64,000 bases of DNA from contig CAVVPN010000003.1 in assembly GCA_963750165.1 (NCBI GenBank), positions 1,408,001-1,472,000 on the forward strand, read 5' to 3'. This DNA comes from an uncultured Gemmataceae bacterium. Its GTDB lineage: Bacteria; Planctomycetota; Planctomycetia; Gemmatales; Gemmataceae. Below, piece after piece: positions 10,051 to 21,804 of the stretch (the stretch's first letter is position 1; each line of letters begins with the position of its first letter). A program made the translations under genes and the position numbers. The notes beneath the pieces are model-generated. The model saw nothing but the letters and a program-made list of their open reading frames with translations. It was not told the origin of the DNA and did not search any database.

Positions 10051-10593
10051 TCACCCGAAGCGGATGAATTCCCCCGCGAGCGCCGGCGTCTCGCCCTTCA
10101 ACACCGCCTCCAGCAGCGCCCGGATGCGCGGCGCCGGCGGCGGACAGCCGGTCAGGTACACGTCCACCGGCACCACCTCATGCACCGGCCGCGCCTGGTC
10201 CAGCAACGGCGGCAGCACGCCCGCCTCGCCCGGCAGCCCTGGTCGCAGCGTCGCCAGCTCGACGTAACTCCGCCGCAGCACCGGCTCCGCCTTGCCCAGT
10301 GGGTTGCGCAGCGCCGTGACGTTGCCCGTCACCGCACAATCGCCGAACGCCACCAGCACCCGCGTCCGCGCCCGTACCTTGTGGATCATCTCCAGGTTGT
10401 CCGTGTTCGCCACGGCCCCTTCCACGAGCGTCACATCGACGCCCTGCGGGAACTCCTTCACGTCCAGAAGGGGACAGTACACGAGGTCCGCCAGCCGGGC
10501 CAACTCCAGCAGCCACTCGTCCAGGTCGAGGAAGGACATGTGACAGCCGGAACAGCCGCCGAGCCAGATCGTGGCGAGTTTCAGACGTTCCAT
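10051..10593 (-). CDS. hoxY: Bidirectional hydrogenase small subunit
   Basis: [40 protein letters not shown]. Confidence 0.93.
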   Translation of the reverse strand: MERLKLATIWLGGCSGCHMSFLDLDEWLLELARLADLVYCPLLDVKEFPQGVDVTLVEGAVANTDNLEMIHKVRARTRVLVAFGDCAVTGNVTALRNPLGKAEPVLRRSYVELATLRPGLPGEAGVLPPLLDQARPVHEVVPVDVYLTGCPPPAPRIRALLEAVLKGETPALAGEFIRFG

Positions 10594-11297
10594 TCGTGAC
10601 GCTCCCGGGCGACAATGAGCAGTTCCAGCCGGCCGCGCTCGTGCTGCACCCCGGCGACCGGCGTGCCCCGCGGGAACAGCGCCCCTGTCGGACACGCCGC
10701 CACGCACTTGCCGCACGACGTACACGTCTCCGACTGGCCCCACGGCTGGTTCAGGTCCGTGATGACCCAGGAGTGAACGCCGCGCCCCGCCACGTCCCAG
10801 GTGTCGGCGCCCTCCACCTCGTCGCAGACACGCACGCACCGGGTACACAGGATGCAGCGGTTGTGGTCCATGCCGAAGCGCGGGTGGCTGTGATCGACCT
10901 TGAGATCCGGGAACAGGTAGTCGAAGCGGACGTGATCGACGCCGAGCTTCACCGCCAAATCCTGCAGCTCGCAGCGGGTGTTGGCGACGCACACCGAGCA
11001 GACGTGGTTGCGCTCCGCCAGGAACAGCTCGATAATCATCTTGCGGTACTCGGCCAGCCGCGGCGACTGCGTGTGCACGACCATGTTCTCGGCCGCCTGC
11101 GTGACGCACGCCGGCAGCAGCCGCGGGTTGCCCTCGACCTCCACCAGGCACAGGCGGCAGGCGGCCACCTCCGACAGCCCCTCCAGGTGGCACAGGGTCG
11201 GCACGAACACGCCGGCCTCGCGCGCGGCCTGCAGCAGTGTCTCGCCGGCGCGGGCGGTCACGGGCTTGCCGTCGATGGTCAGGGTGTTAACGGCCAT
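10581..11297 (-). CDS. hoxU: Diaphorase Fe-S subunit
   Basis: [46 protein letters not shown]. Confidence 0.93.
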   Translation of the reverse strand: MAVNTLTIDGKPVTARAGETLLQAAREAGVFVPTLCHLEGLSEVAACRLCLVEVEGNPRLLPACVTQAAENMVVHTQSPRLAEYRKMIIELFLAERNHVCSVCVANTRCELQDLAVKLGVDHVRFDYLFPDLKVDHSHPRFGMDHNRCILCTRCVRVCDEVEGADTWDVAGRGVHSWVITDLNQPWGQSETCTSCGKCVAACPTGALFPRGTPVAGVQHERGRLELLIVARERHEWNV

Positions 11298-11328
11298 GCG
11301 CTGCTCCAACAATATGCCCCGGGAACCC

Positions 11329-11550
11329 CCCGCGTTGTGGCACGGTCGGGAGACCGTGCCACAACGGGGTGCGGCTCACACCTCCCGCGTTGTGGCACGG
11401 TCTCCCGACCGTGCCACCTGCCCCGACCGAAGCTCTCCTCTTCTGGTCGCTCGAACGAGGGGAGACCTGCGGTCGGGCCGAGTGGCCTGGTCCGGAGACC
11501 AGGCCACAACAGGAGGGCGAGACCGTGCCACAACAGGGCGCGGCTCACAC
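11329..11550. repeat. GTGG-type REP cluster containing a 122-bp composite palindrome (11389-11510)
   Basis: Repeated gttgtggcacggtc..gaccgtgccacaac hairpins; the composite unit recurs at 27772-27892. Confidence 0.85.
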
Positions 11551-13153
11551 TTCGGGGACCGAGGCCCGCCGCAACTTCGCCTCATACTCCCCCCGGAAAT
11601 GCTTCAAGCTGCTCAACACCGGATTCGGCGCCGACTGCCCCAGGCCACACAGGCTCGTGTGCTTCACCATGTCCGCCAGCGCCTCCAGCCGCGTCACATC
11701 CACCGGCGACCCCGCGCCCCTGACCAGGCGCTCCAGCATGCCGTGCATCTGCACCGTACCGACCCGACACGGGATGCACTTGCCGCACGACTCGTCCTGG
11801 CAAAAGTCCATGAAAAAGCGGGCCACGTCCACCATGTCGGCCTTCTCGTCCAGCACGATCATGCCGCCCGAGCCAACGATGGAGCCGATGGCCGCCATCT
11901 CCTCGTAGTCCACCGGTGTGTCCAGCAGCGACGCCGGCACGAAGCCGCCCGACGGGCCGCCGGTCTGCACCGCCTTGACCTTGCCGCCGTCCGGTGGGCC
12001 GCCGCCCATCACCTCGACGATCTGCCGCAACGGCGTGCCCATCGGCACCTCCACCAGCCCGGTGTAACGCACCTTGCCGGCCAGCGAAAACACCTTGGTG
12101 CCGCGACTCTTGCCCGAGCCGATGGCCGCGTACCACTCCGGGCCGCGGCTGATGATCGGGGCGATGTTGGAAAACGTCTCGACGTTGTTGATGAGTGTCG
12201 GACAGTCCCACAGCCCCTCGACGCCCGGGTATGGCGGTCGCGGCCGTGGCAGGCCGCGCAGCCCTTCAATGGAGTGGATCAGCGCCGTCTCCTCGCCGCA
12301 GACGAACGCCCCGGCGCCGATGCGGATCTGGATGTCGAAGGCGAACGGGCTGTCGAGCACCTGCGCCCCCAGCAGACCGTGACGGCGGGCCTGCTTGAGC
12401 GCCAGTTCCAGGCGGTGGATCGCCAGTGGATACTCGCCGCGGACGTAGACGAAACCCTCGCGGGCGCCGATGGCGTAGCCAGCCAGGGCCATGCCCTCCA
12501 GCACACGATGCGGGTCGCTCTCCAGGACGGTGCGGTCCTTGAACGCGCCCGGGTCGCCCTCGTCCGCGTTGCAGATGACGAACTTGCGGTCGCCCGGCGT
12601 CTTGGCCGCCACGCCCCACTTCAGGCCGGTTGGGTAGCCGGCACCGCCGCGGCCGCGCAGGCCGCTCCGGGCCACCGCGTCCACCACGTCCGCCGGCCGC
12701 AACTCATGCAGCGCGCTGCGCCAGTGCCTGGTACGCGCCCGCGGCAATCGCCGACTCGATCCGCTCCGGATCGACCCGCCCGCAGTTCTCCAGCACCACC
12801 GACATCTGCCCCGCGAAGAACGGGTGGTCCGGTGGTGCCTTCGGTGCCGTCGCGGTACCGCCGCGGGCCGCCTCGACCAGCGACGGCGCGTTCTCCGGCG
12901 TCACCTGCAGGTACAGATCGTCGCCCGGATCGACGCGCACCAGCGGCCCCTGACTGCACAGCCGCAGGCAACCGACGCCGACCACCTCGGCCCGGTCCTG
13001 CAAGCCCGCGGCGGTCACGGCCCCTTCGAGCGCCTGCTTGACGCCCTGGCTGTTCGCCGACTGGCAGCCGGCCGCGACGCAGCAGCGGAAGCGCAGCGGC
13101 TTGTGGGCCGCCGTCTCGGTTTCCGCGATGACGCTCAGTTCACTCGGCTCCAT
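11545..13153 (-). CDS. hoxF: Diaphorase NAD/FMN-binding subunit (NuoF-like); frameshift near 12721
   Basis: N-terminal thioredoxin-like 2Fe-2S part ([14 protein letters not shown]) in one frame; [49 protein letters not shown] in the next. Confidence 0.92.
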
Positions 13154-13658
13154 GCGCCAGCCACCCTTTCACGCGCTCCCGGATCGACTCGACGCTGACA
13201 TGGCCCGCGACGGTGCCGTCGTAGACCACCGCCGGGGCGATGCCACATGCCCCCAGGCAGCGGGCCGAGAGCAGCGATACCCGGTTGTCCGCGGACGTGT
13301 CTCCCGCCTTGACGTGGGCCAGTTGCTCCACCGCCCCCACCAGCGCCGCCGCCCCCTTGACGTAGCAGGCGGTGCCCATGCACACGACGCACTGGTGTTC
13401 GCCGCGCGGCGTCAGCGAGAAGAAATGGTAGAACGTGGCGACGCCGTAGACCCGGCTCGGCGGCAGCTTCATCTTGTGCGCGACGAAGTGCAGCAGGTCC
13501 ACGTCCAGGAAGCCGAACAACTCCTGGGCCAGGTGCAGCACTTCAATGAGCGCATGCTGGGCGAAGCGATGGCGCTTCATCTCGGCTTCGAGGCGTTTGA
13601 AGCGCTTGTCACCGCTGGGATGAGGCGGGGCCGGCGCCGTGTGCGGACCTGGGTTCAT
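13140..13658 (-). CDS. hoxE: 2Fe-2S subunit (NuoE-like)
   Basis: ALIEVLHLAQELFG, VYGVATFYHFF, CMGTACYVKG, CLGACGIAP. Confidence 0.92.
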   Translation of the reverse strand: MNPGPHTAPAPPHPSGDKRFKRLEAEMKRHRFAQHALIEVLHLAQELFGFLDVDLLHFVAHKMKLPPSRVYGVATFYHFFSLTPRGEHQCVVCMGTACYVKGAAALVGAVEQLAHVKAGDTSADNRVSLLSARCLGACGIAPAVVYDGTVAGHVSVESIRERVKGWLAHGAE

Positions 13659-14237
13659 GGAGACTCCTTCACCGGGCATGATCCGTTGCCGTCCCCGCTG
13701 GTGGGGGTCGATCCCCTGGCAGCAGTATAGGGCGTGGCCCGACCGGGGGACAGACCGGCACACGCTTCAAGCAAATTCAGGGGCGGTTGCTGCGCGGGGC
13801 GCGACATCTCGCCCCCGGGCTGGTTTCGCCGCTGCGGCGCCGCACCACGACTCACGGGCGCTGTGCGGTTTTGCGCCACCCAGGGGCCGCCCTGTGCGGG
13901 GCGAGCACAGGACAGCGGCGGCGCGAGCCCCTTGGGGTCGCGCCGGGCATTGGCGGAGGTCGTGCAGATCGGTCAGCGAATCAAATGAGTTCGGCTACCT
14001 TGCCGCGGGCCGTTGCCGAGTTCGGAGGCCGTTCAAGCTACTCCGGCTGTAGCTTTTACAGATTCCGGCGCACGCGACTTGCAATCCAGCTTCTGGGAGG
14101 TTACGTTTTTTGTCAGGCGCTGGCGTAGCGCAGCGCCTGGCGGAGAGCGTAAAATCTGAAAAATCGACCCTTGCTTGATAGGACGCGCGGCGCGCCCTAA
14201 TCACCTGGTTCGGCGAAGAAGGTGGAGGTGGCGTCGC

Positions 14238-14660
14238 GTGGAACGCTGGGTCGCCTACGCCCTGATCTCAATGGCGTTCGCCGGGTTCACCTCGGTCATC
14301 GCTAAACAGGGACTGGCCGGCATCTCGGGCGAACTCGGGCTGGCCGTTCGCACCTGCTTCGTGGCCCTTTTCGTCTTGGGGTTCGCGGCTGTCGCTGTGC
14401 CCCGCGAGCAGGTCGGCTCGCTTGCCCGCCACAACCTCCTGTGGCTCGGGCTATCCGGAGTGACCACGGCCGCATCGTGGGTGTTTTACTACAAGGCTCT
14501 CAAGGACGGCGAGGTGTCCACAGTCGCCCTGATCGACAAGGGCAGCTTCATGGTGGCCGTGGTCCTAGCATGGCTGCTGCTCGGCGAGCGGATCACGACC
14601 CGGATTGCCGTAGGGAGCGCGCTTATCTTGGCCGGGCTGGTCGTCGTGTCCCGCCGATAG
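14238..14660 (+). CDS. Single-domain EamA/DMT-family transporter
   Basis: GGAGGT RBS and GTG start, five TM helices, YYKALKDGEVSTVALIDK and LLGE motifs. Confidence 0.85.
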   Translation: MERWVAYALISMAFAGFTSVIAKQGLAGISGELGLAVRTCFVALFVLGFAAVAVPREQVGSLARHNLLWLGLSGVTTAASWVFYYKALKDGEVSTVALIDKGSFMVAVVLAWLLLGERITTRIAVGSALILAGLVVVSRR

Positions 14661-14670
14661 CCGCCACGGG

Positions 14671-14833
14671 CTAAGTGGTTCGTACCGCCCCATTAACTGG
14701 AGGGTTGCGGGATCGTTCGTAGGACGGCTCTCCAGAGCCGTCCCGGGGCGAGCAGGACGGCTCTGGAGAGCCGTCCTACGGTCCCAGGCCGTCACCCCCC
14801 AACTCTCCAGTTAATGGCGGTACGGACCACTAA
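14671..14833. mobile_element. MITE-like element with ~31-bp TIRs and TAA flanks, enclosing a GTAG REP doublet
   Basis: gtggttcgtaccgccccattaactggagggttg / caactctccagttaatggcggtacggaccac; inner doublet 14719-14779 of the same family as 5808-5866. Confidence 0.7.
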
Positions 14834-15055
14834 AGCACGCCAAACGAGGGGGTTCACCTGTCCCTGCGGGGATGTAGGCTTTTCGGGAACTCATGGTCCT
14901 CAGTGCCCGCCGGGCTCGCTCTGACTGCGGGCATGGTAACATATGAGTCGTTGCACGTGACGGGCCAACTGAGGTTCATCTGCTAAATAGAAGTCGAGTG
15001 GCCCGCACCTGAGCTATGTTGTTCGTCAGACCGTTTCAACGAAAGACCACGAATC

Positions 15056-16197
15056 ATGAAGCGACATCAATTGGGGGCAGTGCGGCTGGTCGTGGCGGTA
15101 CTGCTGTACGCCGCGTGGGCGCCGGCGCCGGCCGCTGGCCAGGCGCCGCAGGAGGTCAAGCGCGTGCGCGTGCTGCTGGCGCTCGACACCGACGACCGCA
15201 TGGGCGCGACCTGGGGCCTGGACGGCGACAACCTGCGACTGCTGATCGAGCACGCCGTCAAGAAGCAGGGCCTGGCCGGGCGCGTCACCATCGACCAGTT
15301 CACCGGCAAACAGTGTGCGCCGCAGTTCATCCTCGGATATTATCAAAACCTCAACACCGGCCCCGACGAGGCGCTGCTGTTCTACTTCTCCGGACACGGC
15401 GGCTACGACGGCAAGAAGGGGCACTTCCTGGCGCTGACGCGGGGCGCCCTGTATCGCCGTGACCTGCTGGCGGCGATGGCGACGAAGAATCCCCGGCTGC
15501 GCGTGGTGCTCACCGACTGCTGCGCCAACCTGGCGCGGGCGCCTGGCAGGGCGAGCCGGCGGGCGCCGTGACGCGGCCGCTGCAGGGGGAGGGCGATGGC
15601 AGGTCCCAGCCGCGGGCGGCGAAACAGGAGCCACCGAAGCGCTACGAGGTGCTCGCCAAGGTGACGCCGCGGCCGCCGATCGAACCGCTGCGGCCCGACC
15701 TCGGCAACATCATCCGCCCCGTCCAGCGTGCGAAAAAAGAGGAGCCGCCGCGGCGCAGCGTGGCGAACCTGAACCCGAGCCCGAACGGTCCGGTCAACCC
15801 GAAGGCCAAAAAAGAGGAGCCGCCGTTCGAGCTGTCGCGCGGCGTGATGCTGCGCACGGCGGCCGGGGCGATCACTTTCGAGGACGTGCTCAGGAAGACC
15901 GACGGGGCGGCGCTGCGTGACCTGCTATTTCGGCAACGGGGGCTGGTGGACATCAACGGCTGCAAGCTGGGCAAGCTGTCGCACGGCACCCTGGAATGGG
16001 GCGGCAGTCTGTTCACCATCGCGTTCCTGTTGTTACAGGCCGAGGACCGCCAGCAGCTGGGGGCGCCGCCGGGCGGCACGCTGACCTGGGAGCGGTTCTT
16101 CCCGGTGTGGATGCAGATGACGGAGCGTGTCACGCGCGGCACCACGCGCGGGCAGGTGTCGCAGTCGCCGGAGGCGTTCAAGCTCGGCGGACCGTGA
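15056..16197 (+). CDS. Secreted caspase-family (C14) protein; split or frameshifted near 15545-15570
   Basis: Signal peptide, FYFSGHG and VLTDCC dyad. The second frame has a Pro-rich linker and a p10-like end (GGSLFTIAF...LTWERFF...QSPEAF). Confidence 0.75.
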
Positions 16198-16246
16198 GGC
16201 CCTGTGGGGGGCGTGGCCAACGATTTTTTCCAACCTTGGAGGGCGC

Positions 16247-16624
16247 ATGAAACGGGCGCTGGCAGGCGTGATCGTGGCGGGGTTGTTCCTGTTGCTGGTC
16301 GGGCAGAGTGGCCAGGCCAATTCCAAGGACGGGCCACGGCGCTGGACGCGGACCATCAAGAAGAACAGCGAGGTCATTTACAAGATTGTGTTCCTCGCCG
16401 AGAAGCAGCAGGCCCGGCGTCTTGCCGAGTTCTGCGTCATTGGTGACGGCAGCACCGACGTGGATGTCTTCGTCTACGACGCCAGCGGCAAGCAGGTGGT
16501 GTCGGACACCGGCTACAGCGACCTGGGCATGGTGCGCTGGGCGCCGAATGTGACGCAGGAGTACACCATCAAGGTCAAGAACCTCGGCAACGAGGACAAC
16601 ACCTGCGTGATCGGGCACAACTGA
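16247..16624 (+). CDS. Small secreted beta-sandwich protein (PPC-like)
   Basis: GGAGG RBS, signal peptide, GDGSTDVDVFVYDASG...YTIKVKNLG pattern. Confidence 0.7.
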   Translation: MKRALAGVIVAGLFLLLVGQSGQANSKDGPRRWTRTIKKNSEVIYKIVFLAEKQQARRLAEFCVIGDGSTDVDVFVYDASGKQVVSDTGYSDLGMVRWAPNVTQEYTIKVKNLGNEDNTCVIGHN

Positions 16625-16630
16625 CGCGGC

Positions 16631-16675
16631 CTTCATTCATGGTTTCGCGCGGGCCGCGCGAAACCATGAATGAAG
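16631..16675. terminator. Perfect hairpin between convergent genes
   Basis: cttcattcatggtttcgcgcgg-g-ccgcgcgaaaccatgaatgaag. Confidence 0.6.
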
Positions 16676-16685
16676 ACCAAATGTC

Positions 16686-19226
16686 TTAGCGGTCCGGTAG
16701 CAAATCTTCAATGAAATACAGGTTGGCGTTCTCGAGATTGTTCTCCGCGGTGCCGAAGCAGAGCCGCCGGCGTTCGCCCTGCGCGGTGGGCGTGATCGTC
16801 AGCGCCGGCGACGAGCCCAGCAACGTGCCCGGCACTTCCAGCTTCTGATAATTCCAGTGGACCTTGCCGGTGTAGGCGTCGATGCAGCTGACACGGCCGT
16901 TGCTGGCGACGACGAACACCGTGTTGGCGCGGGCGTCGCCGCCGCTCACGTCCAGCGCCGGCGTCGTCACGACAGGGCTGCCGAGGTCCTTCTTCCAGCG
17001 CAACTTACCGTCGTAGCGGCCGACGCAGTACAGACTGCCGTCGCGGCAGCCGAAGTAGACGCGCAGCCGGTCGATGGCCACGCGGTTGATGACGCCATCG
17101 GCCACACGGTACGGCTCCCAGAGCGGTTTGCCCGTGGCGGCGTCCACTGCCAGCAGCGCCCCCACCGGCACGAACACACTCGAACTCTCCGTCATGCGGC
17201 CGTTGCCCAGGCCGAAGAACACCTGGCCGTTGTCCACGACCGGGCCGCCCCAGCCCGGCAGGTGGTATTTCTTGTCGCCGCCCTTTTGCAACGTCATCCA
17301 CGATGGCGTGCGCTCGAGCCAGATTTTCTTGCCCGTCGCCGCGTCCAGGCAGAAGATCGCCGGGTCGCCGAACTCCGCTGCGGTTTTCGCGTCCTCGTCG
17401 ATGCCGGCGCAACCGTACACCCGGCCGCCGGCCACCGCCAACTTGGCGTCCACGTGCAGGTGCAGGCCATCCTGCGACCCGTCGTAGCGCCACACCTGCT
17501 TGCCGGTCTTCGCGTCCAGGCAGAGTACGCCGTCGTCGCCGGCGCCAGTGTACACCTTGCCGCCCATCACCACCGGCGTCGATTCGACGTGGCTGCTGGT
17601 CGGCGCCGACTGCCACTTCAACGTGCCGGTGTCCGCGTCGATGCAGAAGACCCGGCAACCCTTGTGCTTGTGAAAGCCCTCGCCGATGTAAATGCAGCCT
17701 TCGGCGTACACCGGGGAGGAGAAGATGTGCTTCATCGGGATGGCGCCCTTGGCCTCGTCGCCGTCCTCCTTGAAAGTGTCCCAGACCTTCTGGCGCGTCT
17801 TCAGATCGAAGCAGTACACGACGCCGTCATCGACTACCCCCTGAACCGCGGCAGCGACGTAGACGCGGTCGCCGACGATCAGTGGCGACGACATGATGAA
17901 CGTGGCCTGCTCCCCCAGGCGGCAGTCGAGGTGCCAGACGCCATCCTCGCGCAGTTCGGCCGTCTGCCGGCCCTGGCCGGCCGCGTCCTGATCGGCCCTG
18001 GCTTCCTGGGCGCCGGGCCGCAGCAGCGTCAGCGCGACGCAGCCCAGCAGCGCCACCCAGAGCATGACGCCTTCCGTCGGCAAGGGCGTGCGCCGCGGGG
18101 CGGCTGGCGCCGAAGCGTCCGGTTGCCGGTGGCGTAGCACCCAGACGACCTTGTACAGTGTGCCGACCCAGACAGCTACGGAGAACGCCAGCAACAGGTC
18201 CCACCACTGGCCGTACACCGCCGGCCGGTCAATCAGGTAATAGACGACCAGGGCGGCACAGGTCAGCGTCAGCACGGTGAGCACGATCAGTTCGGTGCGG
18301 CGCGGCGGTTCCAGGGCGTCTGGCTCCGTCGCCAGCGCGTGGATGTGCCGCCGCCACGCCCACAGCGCCCCCAGTGCCGTGACGCCGAGCAGCGTCCCCC
18401 ACAAGACGGCCGGGTTCGTCCACCACGCACCCCAGTAGTTGCCGCGCTGCCAGGCGTGCAGCAGGTAGAGCGTGCTCACCGTGCTGACGACGGTGAAGAA
18501 CGCCAGCCAGCGGCGGAACAGCACCAGCACGCCGCCGAACAGGCTCGGGAACAGCAGCGCCAGGATCGCCAGCGGGCCGCCCACGCCCAGCGTCGGGATG
18601 ACCGCCAGCAGCGGGCCGCCCCCGTCCCCCCCACGCCGGCCCGTCTTCTGCGGTGCCTCGGGGCCGAACCCGGGCTTCTCCTTCTCGTTCACCGCCGGCC
18701 ATTTCTTGGCGTCCTTCAGCCCCGCGGCGAGGACTTGCTTCAGCTCCTCGGTCGTCCCCTTGAAGGTGCGCCGCAAGTACGGTTCGCCGTGCGTGAACTT
18801 CCAGGCCACGGAATCGTCGCCCGGCTTCGCGGTGGCGATCATCTGGAACCAGGTGCCGTTGGTGTACGCCAGCGCCGTGTACATGGCGCCGCGCTTCGTC
18901 ACGAACAGAACCACCGGCAGATCGATCGCGAGCCGTTTGACGAGTTGCGGCGGGTGGTTATCTTTTTTCGCTTCCGCATCTCCCGTCAGGTTGATCGGCA
19001 GGCGCCGCAGCGGTAGTTTGCCCTTGAGGTCTTCCGTAACCATCAGGACCGCCGCGGGCCGCTGCGGGTCGAGCTTATCCACCTTCGCCACCACGATGAA
19101 GTTGCCGCTCGCTACAAACGTCTTCAACGGCGTTGGGGCCGTGATGTACGCTGCCGCCTCGCCCGCCAGCCAGCCCAGCGCCAGCACCGCCGCCCCGATC
19201 CAGAAACCGCGTCGCCGCATGTTCAT
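16686..19226 (-). CDS. Membrane protein with N-terminal exported domain, multi-TM block and C-terminal PQQ-like beta-propeller
   Basis: Signal peptide, about 6 hydrophobic helices, then repeats SSP..G.VY..CxDAxTGK..W. Confidence 0.8.
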   Translation of the reverse strand: MNMRRRGFWIGAAVLALGWLAGEAAAYITAPTPLKTFVASGNFIVVAKVDKLDPQRPAAVLMVTEDLKGKLPLRRLPINLTGDAEAKKDNHPPQLVKRLAIDLPVVLFVTKRGAMYTALAYTNGTWFQMIATAKPGDDSVAWKFTHGEPYLRRTFKGTTEELKQVLAAGLKDAKKWPAVNEKEKPGFGPEAPQKTGRRGGDGGGPLLAVIPTLGVGGPLAILALLFPSLFGGVLVLFRRWLAFFTVVSTVSTLYLLHAWQRGNYWGAWWTNPAVLWGTLLGVTALGALWAWRRHIHALATEPDALEPPRRTELIVLTVLTLTCAALVVYYLIDRPAVYGQWWDLLLAFSVAVWVGTLYKVVWVLRHRQPDASAPAAPRRTPLPTEGVMLWVALLGCVALTLLRPGAQEARADQDAAGQGRQTAELREDGVWHLDCRLGEQATFIMSSPLIVGDRVYVAAAVQGVVDDGVVYCFDLKTRQKVWDTFKEDGDEAKGAIPMKHIFSSPVYAEGCIYIGEGFHKHKGCRVFCIDADTGTLKWQSAPTSSHVESTPVVMGGKVYTGAGDDGVLCLDAKTGKQVWRYDGSQDGLHLHVDAKLAVAGGRVYGCAGIDEDAKTAAEFGDPAIFCLDAATGKKIWLERTPSWMTLQKGGDKKYHLPGWGGPVVDNGQVFFGLGNGRMTESSSVFVPVGALLAVDAATGKPLWEPYRVADGVINRVAIDRLRVYFGCRDGSLYCVGRYDGKLRWKKDLGSPVVTTPALDVSGGDARANTVFVVASNGRVSCIDAYTGKVHWNYQKLEVPGTLLGSSPALTITPTAQGERRRLCFGTAENNLENANLYFIEDLLPDR

Positions 19227-19326
19227 GTCTCCGTTCCGCTCTCCGTGGAAGGCGATGCGTTCAGCGTCTTCGCCCCATCTTAACCATGCCTTCACGACGG
19301 GGGAAGCAGGCCCGGTGAAAAAGCGC

Positions 19327-19371
19327 TGACACTTTTGTCATCCCCGACCCGTCCATCTGCCAAAGTGACAG
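19327..19371. promoter_or_regulatory. Candidate enhancer (UAS) palindromes for a sigma-54 activator
   Basis: tgacacttttgtca (19327-19340) and ctgccaaagtgacag (19357-19371), about 80-120 bp upstream of the -24/-12 site. Confidence 0.45.
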
Positions 19372-19448
19372 CGCCCCCGCAACCGCTCGCAACCGTCATC
19401 TTTGCGCAGATCGTTGTACAGCAAAATCTTACGTCGTCGCTGACGTAC

Positions 19449-19464
19449 TGGCACAACGCTTGCT
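19449..19464 (+). promoter_or_regulatory. Sigma-54 -24/-12 promoter of the chaperone operon
   Basis: TGGCAC-aacgc-TTGCT is an exact match to the RpoN consensus, about 140 bp upstream of groEL. Confidence 0.8.
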
Positions 19465-19606
19465 TACACCAACTCCATTCCCAAGGGAGAATCCCTGGCC
19501 CGAGCCGGCCGGAGAAACTCACCCCCTTTTGACGCAGGCGAACGCAAAAACACTCCCTCGGCCCGGGGCCGAGGGGACGGCTGGCAATGAAAAAGGAGAT
19601 GCGTGG

Positions 19607-21310
<1,704 letters not shown>

Positions 21311-21314
21311 CTGA

Positions 21315-21450
21315 ATTGCAGATTTGAGATTGCAGATGGAAAGACTTTGGGTTCGCAGTACCGGCTTTAGCCGGAATCGGCGACCCAGCTTCCGCCTGAA
21401 GGCGGTACTACAAACCAGAGTCTTTCAATCTGCAATCTCAAATCTGCAAT
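21315..21450. repeat. Heptamer-armed long palindrome with an inner REP doublet
   Basis: attgcagatttgagattgcagat / atctgcaatctcaaatctgcaat arms around gcagtaccggctttagccgg..ccgcctgaaggcggtactac. Confidence 0.85.
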
Positions 21451-21472
21451 CTTCCTGGAGGGCTCTCCGAAC

Positions 21473-21796
21473 ATGGCACGAGAACCGGCAACGAAAGACG
21501 TGGCATTGAAGATTCGGCCGCTGGACGACCGTGTGGTGGTCGAGCCGCTGGAGGCGGAGGAGATGACGAAAGGCGGCATTTTGCTGCCGGACACCGCCAA
21601 GCAGAAGCCGCAGCGCGGCCGTGTCCTGGCGGTCGGCCCCGGCAAATTGCAGGAGAACGGCCAGCGTGCCGTGCTGGCGGTCGCCAAGGGCGATGAGGTC
21701 ATCTACGGCCGCTACGCCGGCAATGACATCGAGATCGAGCGCCGCGAGATCAAGATTCTGCGCGAGAGCGACATCCTGGCGAAGGTCGTGAAGTAA
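21473..21796 (+). CDS. groES: Co-chaperonin GroES
   Basis: IRPLDDRVVV, TKGGILLPDTAKQKPQRG, ILRESDILA. Confidence 0.97.
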   Translation: MAREPATKDVALKIRPLDDRVVVEPLEAEEMTKGGILLPDTAKQKPQRGRVLAVGPGKLQENGQRAVLAVAKGDEVIYGRYAGNDIEIERREIKILRESDILAKVVK

Positions 21797-21804
21797 ATCA
21801 TTCC

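Noticed and set aside
14050..14170. Weak inverted repeat ttttacagatt / aatctgaaaa and a small hairpin upstream of the EamA gene
   Set aside because: Too short and degenerate to call an element or RNA.
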